A stretch of DNA of 64,000 nucleotides from Amphiscolops sp. MND2022 (lineage: Eukaryota), in assembly GCA_964187785.1 (NCBI GenBank), contig OZ076409.1, positions 76,138,001-76,202,000 of the forward strand, written 5' to 3'. The translations under genes were made by a program, and so were the position numbers. The notes beneath the pieces are model-generated. The model ran no database searches, was not told where the DNA came from, and saw nothing but the letters and a program-made list of their open reading frames with translations. Positions within the stretch are counted from its first letter, which is position 1. Every line of letters starts with the position of its first letter. Shown piece after piece: positions 53,001-64,000 of this stretch.

Positions 53001-56000
53001 TGTTTTTGGGTAGGTATATGTTGCATTAGTACCAATTAGAGCTTCATCAACAGTTTGCCAACGGCAAAAACGATGTCGTGATAATTCCGTTATAAGAATA
53101 TTAATTAAAAAATTGTTTACAAAGTTGATTTTTTTCATTTAAAATGTGTCCTAATGCCACCAAATTGAATAAAATAATAAATGGTATTGACTAAAACTAA
53201 ATAACATTGAAAAAGAAGATCAACATTTTTATTAGGTCTCATTATGGAAGCTGAAACCTCACGTTTTAACTTGATTAACGTCAACGCCACATACTTTACA
53301 TCAACGCCCACCGTCTGTGGGCATGCCGAGGCATGCCCTTCGACGACGTATACCAAACAACCTCCATATCTACACCCGATTGCGGTAGCAGCTAGGTGCG
53401 GGGGGGTAACCCCAACAAATATATTGGAGGATTCGGGTAGGGTCCTGAATCCGATTTTAACTCTAATAGCTATCGATAGGAAATCTTGCAAAAATTTCGG
53501 GATCTCGTGATCTAACCATAGGATTTTAAAGTTGGAGCGGCCCCCACCAGATTTTCCGAAAATTAGCGCCCCCCACCGGGTTCCATACCCCGGGAAATTT
53601 TTTTCTGGCCACACGGGCGACCGTTAGGGGGTCATTTTAGGGGTAAAATTCATATTGGGCCACATAACTTTTTTTCTGTTGATTTAAAACTTTGGAACCC
53701 TGCTAAAAGTTTCTTGACCGTGTTGCAGGGGCCCCGAAGGTCCAAACCAAATTTTTCTATCTTGAAGCTATCTCCAAGTACCCCCCCGCTCAAACCGTTA
53801 TTTTTCCGGAAACGCAGGTTTTTGACCCGGAAGGAGTCGTCTGAGCGCGGGGTCGTTAGGTGATGTATTGGGGACGGCCTTGAGACGAAGTGGGGGACAA
53901 GTAGTTTGCCAACCTCAATTTACCCCCCGGACGGGAAATGACCGTTATATGAGCGTGAAAAATGCCCCCCTCCACGTTTCACCGCTATTTCCGGTGTGAA
54001 GGAGTGGGAGTAGCGCGTCGGGTGTTATATAACAAAAGTAGGTTTAGACAAGGACCTATCGGAAACATGTAGTTTGGGACCCCCTGGACCAACCCGTTAG
54101 CGGGAAATGGGGCTTCCGCCTCCTTTTTTTGGTGCTAAAACCGTAAAATGGGCATTGAGGGGTAAATATCTCGTGAACGCGTGGAGCAATCGTGTCCATC
54201 ACTACTACAAGGTTTCATACCCATGATATGGTGCCTTCAGGGGGGCAAACAGATTTCCGCTATCTATCACCGTTACCGACTTGGCCCCCCAGCCTAACCG
54301 CTATGTGACCGGAAATGTCACTTTTTGAGCCCAAAGGGTCGGTCCCAGCTGGGGAACGTTAGGTAACTTATTGTAGTACTCAATGAGACGAGTTGGGGGA
54401 TATAGTTTCAGTCACCCCCCGTTACCCCTTGGGACCGGAAATGACCGTTATGTGGGTAAAATTGCAATTTTTATACCTTTTCAAGTGTATTTAGGTGCGG
54501 AAGGAGTGGTAATAGGTGCTTGGACACTATATGAGGTAAGGGAGGACGTGAGGCGAGCATTCGGAAATAACCGTTATGTTGACCCTAAAGTCCCCCTGGT
54601 ACCGTAAACGACCGGAAATGGTCAAATTTTGTGTCTATTGGGTACAAATGTTTTGTATTTTGTAGGTAAAAGTATCTATTAGGTGTTTCGACGGTCTACA
54701 GTAGTGAACATAGTCATGAAACCTTGTGGGGGGTAACGGTATATAGCACCGGAAGTCAAACCGTTGGAGACAGGATAGGTTTTTTGGTTTTAAAATGTCT
54801 TTCGGCGTAATTTTTTCGACTCTTGTGGACTATTTTTAAAAATTAAAGTTTTTCCATATAGTTTCAGAGACTCCGAAACCTCAACCAACATAACCGTTAC
54901 CTTATGATAGCCTTTCAAGTTGGCCTGGTGTCAACTTGGAAGCGCTATCCTTCTGAAATCGTTAATCAAGAGTGTTTTTGGGTAGGTATATATTGCATTA
55001 GTACCAATTAGAGCTTCATCAACAGTGTATCAACGACAAAAACTATGCCGTCATGATTCCGTTATTAGAATCATAGTGAGCAAATTGTTGAAAAAAATGG
55101 TTTTTTCCATACAAAATGTGTCCTAAATGCCAGGAAACCTATTTACCTAACAAATGGTATTAATTGGAATGTTTGTAACAGATTTATAAAAGTTCAAATT
55201 GAATATTACATTTCATTATGGAAGCTGAAACGTCATATTTTAGTTTAATTAACGTCAACGCCACACACTTTACATCAACGCACACCGTCTGTGGGCATGC
55301 CGAGGCATGCCCTTCGACGACGTATGACAAATCCTTATCAAACGACGCCCGTATATCCCGGGCTAGGTGCGGGGGGGTAACCCCAACAAAGATATTGGAG
55401 GATTCGGGTAGGGTCCTGAATCCGATCTTAGTACCGTCAGCTATCAGTAGAAAATTTCCCTCAAAAACCGGGATCTCGGGAACTAACCGTAGGATTTGAA
55501 AGTTGGAGCGGCCCCCACCAGATTTTCCCGAATAGATCGCCCCCCACCGGGCTCCATACCCCGGAAAATTTTTTTTTGGCCACACGGGCGACAGTTAGGG
55601 GGTCATTTTAGGGGTAAAATTCATATTGGTCCATATAACTTTTTTCCTGTTGGTTTAAAAGTTTGGGAACCCTTCTAAAGGTTTTTCGACCATGTTGCAA
55701 GGGCTCCGGAGGTGCAAACCAAATTTTTCTATCTTGAAGCTATCTCCAAGTACCCCCCCGCTCAAACCGTTATTTTTCCGGAAACGCAGGTTTTTGACCC
55801 GGAAGGAGTCGTCTGAGCGCGGGGTCGTTAGGTGATGTTTTGGGGACGGCCTTGAGACAAAGTGGGGGACAAGTAGTTTGCCAACCTCAATTTACCCCCC
55901 GGACGGGAAATGACCGTTATATGAGCGTGAAAAATGCCCCCCTCCACGTTTTACCGCTATTTCCGGTGTGAAGGTGTGGGAGTAGCGCGTCGGGTGCCAT

Positions 56001-59000
56001 ATATCAAAAGTAGGTTTAGACAAGGATCTATCAAAAACATGTGGTTTGGGACCCCCTGACCCAACCCGTTAGCGGGAAATGGGGCTTCCGCCTCCTTTTT
56101 TTTCGGTTAAAAACGGAAAATGGGCATTGAGGGGTAAATATCTCGTGAACGCGTGGAGCTACGGTGTCCTTCACTACTACAAGGTTTCATACCCATGATA
56201 TGGTGCCTTCAGGGGGGCAAACAGATTTCCGCTATCTATCACCGTTACGGACTTGGCCCCCCAGCCTAACCGCTATGTGACCGGAAATGTCACTTTTTGA
56301 GCCCAAAGTGTCGGTCCCAGCCAGGGAACGTTAGATAACTTTTTGTAGTACTCATTGAGACGAGTTGGGGGACATAGTTTCAGTCACCCCCTGTTACCCC
56401 TTGTGACCGGAAATGACCGTTATGTGGGTAAAATTGGGATTTTTGTACTTTTTGAAGGGCAATTAGGTGCGGAAGGAGTGGTAATAGGTGCTTGGACACT
56501 ATATGATGGAATGGAGGACGTGAGGCGAACATTCAGACATAACCGTTATGTTGACCCTAAAGTCCCCCTGGTACCGTAAACGACCGGAAATGGTCAAATT
56601 TTGTGTCTATTGGGTACAAATGTTTGGTATTTTGTAAATAAAAGTATCTATTAGGTGTTTCGACGGTCTGCAGTAGTGAACATAGTCATGAAACCTTGTG
56701 GGGGGTAACGGTATATAGCACCGGAAGTCCAAAACGTTAGAGACGGGATAGGTTTTTCCGTTTTAAAATGTCTTTCGGCGTACTTTTGTCAACTAATATG
56801 GAATATTTTTTAAAATTAAAGTTTTTCCATATAGTTTCAGAGACTCCCAAACCTCAAACAACATAACCGTTACCTTATGATAGCCTTTCAAGTTGGCCTG
56901 GTGTCAACTTGGAAGGGCTATCCTTCAAAAATCGTTGATCAAGTGTGTTTTTGGGTATGTTTGAATCATTTTAGAATCAATTAGAGCTTCAAGAAATGTT
57001 TGCCAACGACAAAAACTATGTCGTGATGATTCCGTTATTAGAGTGATAGTTAACAAAATATTGATTAAGTTGATTTTTTACATTTCAAAAGTGTCCTAAA
57101 AGCCAGAAAACCTCTTTACCAAACAAATGGTATTGATTGGATTGTATATAACAGGTAATAAAAGTTCAAATTGATTATTACGTTTTATTATGTAAGCTGA
57201 AACGTCATATTATAGTTTAATTAACGTCAACGCCACATACTTTACATCAACGTCCGCCGTCTGTGGGCATGCCGAGGCATGCCCTTCGACGACGTATACC
57301 AAATACATTTCATATCTACACCCTAACCGCGGTAGCAGCTAGGTGCGGGGGGGTAACCCCTACAAAGATATTGGAGGATTCGGGTAGGGTCCTGAATCCG
57401 ATCTTAGTACCGCCAGCTATCAGTAGAAAATTTCCCTCAAAAACCGGGATCTCGGGAACTAACCGTAGGATTTGAAAGTTGGAGCGGCCCCCACCAGATT
57501 TTCCCAAATAGATCGCCCCCCACCGGGCTCCATACCCCGGAAAATTTTTTTTTGGCCACACGGGCGACTGTTAGGGGGTCATTTTAGGGGTAAAATTCAT
57601 ATTGGTCCATATAACTTTTTTCCTGTTGGTTTAAAAGTTTGGGAACACTTCTAAAGGTTTTTCGACCATGTTGCAAGGGCTCCGGAGGTGCAAACCAAAT
57701 TTTTCTATCTTGAAGCTATCTCCAAGTACCCCCCCGCTCAAACCGTTATTTTTCCGGAAACGCAGGTTTTTGACCCGGAAGGAGTCGTCTGAGCGCGGGG
57801 TCGTTAGGTGATGTTTTGGGGACGGCCTTGAGACAAAGTGGGGGACATGTAGTTTTCCAACCTCAATTTACCCCCCGGACGGGAAATGACCGTTATATGA
57901 GCGTGAAAAATGCCCCCCTCCACGTTTTACCGCTATTTCCGGTGTGAAGGTGTGGGAGTAGCGCGTCGGGTGCCATATATCAAAAGTAGGTTTAGACAAG
58001 GATCTATCAAAAACATGTGGTTTGGGACCCCCTGACCCAACCCGTTAGCGGGAAATGGGGCTTCCGCCTCCTTTTTTTTCGGTTAAAAACGGAAAATGGG
58101 CATTGAGGGGTAAATATCTCGTGAACGCGTGGAGCTACGGTGTCCTTCACTACTACAAGGTTTCATACCCATGATATGGTGCCTTCAGGGGGGCAAACAG
58201 ATTTCCGCTATCTATCACCGTTACGGACTTGGCCCCCCAGCCTAACCGCTATGTGACCGGAAATGTCACTTTTTGAGCCCAAAGGGTCGGTCCCAGCCAG
58301 GGAACGTTAGATAACTTTTTGTAGTACTCATTGAGACGAGTTGGGGGACATAGTTTCAGTCACCCCCCGTTACCCCTTGTGACCGGAAATGACCGTTATG
58401 TGGGTAAAATTGGGATTTTTGTACTTTTTGAAGGGCAATTAGGTGCGGAAGGAGTGGTAATAGGTGCTTGGACACTATATGATGGAATGGAGGACGTGAG
58501 GCGAACATTCAGACATAACCGTTATGTTGACCCTAAAGTCCCCCTGGTACCGTAATTGACCGGAAATGGTCAAATTTTGTGTCTATTGGGTACAAATGTT
58601 TGGTATTTTGTAAATAAAAGTATCTATTAGGTGTTTCGACGGTCTGCAGTAGTGAACATAGTCATGAAACCTTGTGGGGGGTAACGGTATATAGCACCGG
58701 AAGTCCAAAACGTTAGAGACGGGATAGGTTTTTCCGTTTTAAAATGTCTTTCGGCGTACTTTTGTCAACTAATATGGAATATTTTTTAAAATTAAAGTTT
58801 TTCCATATAGTTTCAGAGACTCCCAAACCTCAAACAACATAACCGTTACCTTATGATAGCCTTTCAAGTTGGCCTGGTGTCAACTTGGAAGGGCTATCCT
58901 TCACAAATCGTTGATCAAGTGTGTTTTTGGGTATGTTTGAATCATTTTAGAATCATTTAGAGCTTCAAGAAATGTTTGCCAACGACAAAAACTATGTCGT

Positions 59001-62000
59001 GATGATTCCGTTATTAGAGTAATAGTTAACAAAATATTGATTAATTTGATTTTTTACATTTCAAAAGTGTCCTAAAAGCCAGAAAACCTCTTTACCAAAC
59101 AAATGGTATTGATTGGATTGTATATAACAGGTAATAAAAGTTCAAATTGATTTTTACGTTTTATTATGTAAGCTGAAACGTCATATTATAGTTTAATTAA
59201 CGTCAACGCCACATACTTTACACCAACGCCCACCGTCTGTGGGCATGCCGAGGCATGCCCTTCGACGACGTATACCAAATACATTTCATATCTACACCCA
59301 CCCGCGGTAGCAGCTAGGTGCGGGGGGGTAACCCCTACAAAGATATTGGAGGATTCGGGTAGGGTCCTGAATCCGAGTTCAGTGCTGCCAGCTATCGTTA
59401 GGGATTTGAGAAAATTTTGCCGATCTCGTGATCTAACCGTAGGATTTTAAAGTTGGAGCGGCCCCCACCAGATTTTCTAAAGTTATTCGCCCCCCACCGG
59501 GTTCCAGCGTGATTGAAATATTTTGACGGGGTACACGGGCGACCGTTAGGGGTCATTTTGGGGGTAAAATTTATATCCGGTCGCATAACTTTTTTCCTGT
59601 TGGTTTAAAACTTTGGGACCCTGCTAAAAGTTTCTTGACCTTGTTGCAGTGGCTCCGGAGGTCCAAACCAAATTTTTCTATCTTGAAGCTATCTCCAAGT
59701 ACCCCCCCGCCCAAACCGTTATTTTTCCGGAAACGCAGGTTTTTGACCCGGAAGGAGTCGTCTGAGCGCGGGGTCGTTAGGTGATGTATTGGGGACGGCC
59801 TTGAGACGAAGCGGGGGACATGTAGTTTGCCGACCCCAGTTTACCCCCCGGACGGGAAATGACCGTTATTTGAGCGGGAAAAATGCCCCCCTCCACGTTT
59901 TACCGCTATTTCCGGTGTGAAGGAGTGGGAGTAGCGCGTCGGGTGTTATATATCAAAAGTAGGTTTAGACAAGGACCTATCAGAAACATGTAGTTTTGGA
60001 CCCCCTGGTCCAACCCGTTAGCAGGAAATGGGGCTTCCGCCTCCTTTTTTTACTGCTAAAACCGTAAAATGGGCATTGAGGGGTAAATATCTCGTGAACG
60101 CGTGGAGCTACAGTGTCCATCACTACTACAAGGTTTCATACCCATGATATGGTGCCTTCAGGGGGGCAAACAGATTTCCGCTATCTATCACCGTTACGGA
60201 CTTGGCCCCCCAGCCTAACCGCTATGTGACCGGAAATGTCACTTTTTGAGCCCAAAGGGTCGGTCCCAGCCAGGGAACGTTAGGTAACTTATTGTAGTAC
60301 TCAATGAGACGAGTTGGGGGACATAGTTTCAGTCACCCCCCGTTACCCCTTGGGACCGGAAATGACCGTTATGTGGGTAAAATTGCAATATATGTACTTT
60401 TTAAAGGACTTTTAGATGCGGAAGGAGTGGTAATAGGTGCTTGGACACTATATGATGATAGGGAGGACGTGAGGCGAGCATTCGGAAATAACCGTTATGT
60501 TGACCCTAAAGTCTCCCTGGTACCGGAAGTGACCCGTAATGGTCAAATTTTGTGGTTAAAGGTTACAAATGTTTGGTGTTCAATGGATAACAGTACCTAT
60601 TAGGTGTTTCGACGGTCTGCAGTCGTGAACATAGTCATGAAACCTTGTGGGGGGTAACGGTATATAGCACCGGAAGTGCAAACCGTTGGAGACAGGATAA
60701 GTTTTTTGGTTTTAAAATGTCTTTCGGCCTACTTTTGTTGACAATTATGGACTATTTTTGAAAAATAAAGTTTTTCCATATAGTTTCAGAGACTCCGAAA
60801 CCTCAACCAACATAACCGTTACCTTATGATAGCCTTTCAAGTTGGCCTGGTGTCAACTTGGAAGGGCTATCCTTCAAAAATCATTAATCAAGTGTGTTTT
60901 TGAGTATGTTTGTTTTACTTTAGAATCAATTAGAGCTTCAAGAAAAGTTTGCCAATGATAAAAACTATGTCGTGATGATTCCGTTATTAGAATAATAGTT
61001 AACAAAATATTGATAAAGTTGATTTTTTACATTTCAAATGTGTTCTGAATGCCAGAAAAACTCTTTACCAAACAAATGGTATTGATTGGATTGTATATAA
61101 CAGCTAATAAAAGTTCAAATTGAATATTACGTTTCATTATGGAAGCTGAAACGTCAAATTATAGTTTAATTAACGTCAACGCCACATAGTTTACATCAAC
61201 GCCCACCGTCTGTGGGCATGCCGAGGCATGCCCTTCGACGACGTATACCAAATTCCTCCAACACAACACCCCCGAGCGCGTTAGCAGCTAGGTGCGGGGG
61301 GGAAACCCCATCCCTTATCTTGGAGGATTCGGGTAGGGTCCTGAATCCGATCTTAGTTCGCCCAGCTCTCAGTAGAAATCTGGGAAATTTTTTGCGATCT
61401 CGTGATCTAACCATAGGATTTTAAAGTTGGAGCGGCCCCCACCAGATTTTCCAAAGTTATTCCTCCCCACCGGGTTCCAGCGTGATTGAAATATTTTGAC
61501 GGGGTACACGGGCGACCGTTAGGGGTCATTTTGGGGGTAAAATTTATATCCGGTCGCATAACTTTTTTCCTGTTGGATTAAAACTTTGGGACCCTACTAA
61601 AAGTTTCTTGACCGTGTTGCGGGGGCTCCGGAGGTCCAAACCAAATTTTTCTATCTTGAAGCTATCTCCAAGTACCCCCCCGCCCAAAACGTTATTTTTC
61701 CGGAAACGCAGGTTTTTGACCCGGAAGGAGTCGTCGGAGCGCGGGGTCGTTAGGTGATGTATTGGGGACGGCCTTAAGACGAAGTGGGGGACATGCAGTT
61801 TGCCAACCCCAGTTTACCCCCCGGACGGGAAATGACCGTTATATGAGCGGGAAAAATGCCCCCCTCCACGTTTTACCGCTATTTCCGGTGTGAAGGAGTG
61901 GGAGTAGCGCGTCGGGTGCCATATATCAAAAGTAGGTTTGAACAAGGAACTATCGGAAACATGTGGTTTGGGACCCCCTGGACCAACCCGTTAGCGGGAA

Positions 62001-64000
62001 ATGGGGCTTCCGCCTCCTTTTTTTACTGCTAAAACAGTAAAATGGGCATTGAGGGGTAAATATCTCGTGAACGCGTGGAGCAATCGTGTCCATCACTACT
62101 ACAAGGTTTCATACCCATGATATGGTGCCTTCAGGGGGGCAAACAGATTTCCGCTATCTATCACCGTTACCGACTTGGCCCCCCAGCCTAACCGCTATGT
62201 GACCGGAAATGTCACTTTTTGAGCCCAAAGGGTCGGTCCCAGCCGGGGAACGTTAGGTAAATTATTGTAGTACTCAATGAGACGAGTTGGGGGATATAGT
62301 TTCAGTCACCCCCCGTTACCCCTTGGGACCGGAAATGACCGTTATGTGGGTAAAATTGCAATTTTTATACTTTTTCAAGTGTATTTAGGTGCGGAAGGAG
62401 TGGTAATAGGTGCTTGGACACTATATGAGGCAAGGGAGGACGTGAGGCGAGCATTCGGAAATAACCGTTATGTTGACCCTAAAGTCCCCCTGGTACCGTA
62501 AACGACCGGAAATGGTCAAATTTTGTGTCTATTGGGTACAAATGTTTAGTATTTTGTAGATAAAAGTATCTATTAGGTGTTTCGACGGTCTGCAGTAGTG
62601 AACATAGTCATGAAACCTTGTGGGGGGTAACGGTATATAGCACCGGAAGTCCAAACCGTTGGTGACAGGATAGGTTTTTTGGTTTTAAAATGTCTTTCGG
62701 CGTACCTTTGTCGACTATTAAGGACTATTTTTAAAAATTAAAGATTTTCCATATAGTTTCAGAGACCTCGAAACCTCAACCAACATAACCGTTACCTCAT
62801 GATAGCCTTTCAAGTTGGCCTGGTGTCAACTTGGAAGGGCTATCCTTCAAAAATCGTCAATCAAGTGTGTTTTTGGGTATGTTTGTATCATTTTAGAATC
62901 AATTAGAGCTTCAAGAAAAGTTTCCCAACAACAAAAACTATGTCGTGAAGATTCCGTTACTAGAATTATAGTTAGCAAATTGTTGAGAAAATTTTTTTTT
63001 CCAAATTAAATGTGTCCTAAATGCCAGGAAACCTATTTTACTAACAAATGGTATTGATTGGAATGTATGTAACAGATTTATAAAAGTTCAAATTGATTAT
63101 TAGGTTTCATTATGGAAGCTGAAACGTAATATTTTAGTTTAATTAACGTCAACGCCACACACTTTACATCAACGCCCACCGTCTGTGGGCATGCCGAGGC
63201 ATGCCCTTCGACGACGTATACCAAATACATACCTAACGACGCCCGTACATCCCGGGCTAGGTGCGGGGGGGAAACCCCATCCCTTATCTTGGAGGATTCG
63301 GGTAGGGTCCTGAATCCGATTTTAGTTCGCCCAGCTCTCAGTAGAAATCTGGGAAATTTTTTGCGATCTCGTGATCTAACCATAGGATTTTAAAGTTGGA
63401 GCGGCCCCCACCAGATTTTCCAAAGTTATTCGCCCCCCACCGGGTTCCAGCGTGATTGAAATATTTTGACGGGGTACACGGGCGACCGTTAGGGGTCATT
63501 TTGGGGGTAAAATTTATATCCGGTCGCATAACTTTTTTCCTGTTGGATTAAAACTTTGGGACCCTGCTAAAAGTTTCTTGACCGTGTTGCGGGGGCTCCG
63601 GAGGTCCAAACCAAATTTTTCTATCTTGAAGCTATCTCCAAGTACCCCCCCGCCCAAAACGTTATTTTTCCGGAAACGCAGGTTTTTGACCCGGAAGGAG
63701 TCGTCGGAGCGCGGGGTCGTTAGGTGATGTATTGGGGACGGCCTTGAGACGAAGTGGGGGACATGCAGTTTACCAACCCCAGTTTACCCCCCGGACGGGA
63801 AATGACCGTTATATGAGCGGGAAAAATGCCCCCCTCCACGTTTTACCGCTATTTCCGGTGTGAAGGAGTGGGAGTAGCGCGTCGGGTGCCATATATCAAA
63901 AGTAGGTTTGAACAAGGAACTATCGGAAACATGTGGTTTGGGACCCCCTGGACCAACCCGTTAGCAGGAAATGGGGCTTCCGTCCCGTTTTTTTACGGTT

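Larger units (their letters stand above)
39527..64000 (+). repeat. Family B tandem array of ~1.97-1.99 kb units (12 complete plus 1 partial)
   Basis: Units start at 39527, 41503, 43497, 45467, 47458, 49428, 51403, 53396, 55367, 57343, 59318, 61292, 63261. All begin gtgcggggggg and end with the gggcatgccgaggcatgccc tail followed by ctag. The interior does not align by eye with the family A core. Confidence 0.95.

Noticed and set aside
1217..63260. CRISPR or integron interpretation of the palindromes plus variable segments
   Set aside because: The period is 1.25-2 kb, the intervening DNA is homologous between units, there is no cas or tyrosine integrase gene, and the context is eukaryotic.
1..64000. 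Numerous 60-160 aa ORFs recurring in the repeats
   Set aside because: They recur only because the DNA repeats. Frames are broken by homopolymer indels between copies, many lack ATG starts, and I recognise no domains.
39527..64000. rDNA, 5S, tRNA, snRNA or histone tandem gene cluster
   Set aside because: I recognised no rRNA, tRNA, snRNA or histone sequence in the unit. An Rfam search would be needed to exclude a divergent ncRNA.

Overview
This is AT-rich eukaryotic DNA (GT-AG splice signals, no operon structure); the organism cannot be determined. Almost the whole window is one head-to-tail array whose units are joined at an invariant CTAG|GTG junction (36 junctions counted by eye). Family A units (about 1.25-1.3 kb, diverse and mosaic) fill 1-39526. 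Family B units (1969-1994 bp) fill 39527-64000. One array member (13151-20373, 7.2 kb) is a coding version of a family A unit. It encodes a Helitron-type HUH Rep protein that has motifs 1 and 2 but no visible motif-3 Tyr or helicase, plus a ~328-aa Cys-containing protein of unknown function. Units with unrelated interiors share one architecture: junction, small hairpin, a co-varying hairpin with a (T/G)AGGG(C/T/G) loop about 40-44 nt in, a long bulged hairpin in the 3' half, and one of three tail types. The commonest tail carries a near-perfect p53-family consensus palindrome. My best interpretation, which is inference, is a rolling-circle element family that inserts into or amplifies at its own junction and builds a cassette-like array. 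Nearly all short ORFs in the track are repeat-derived noise.
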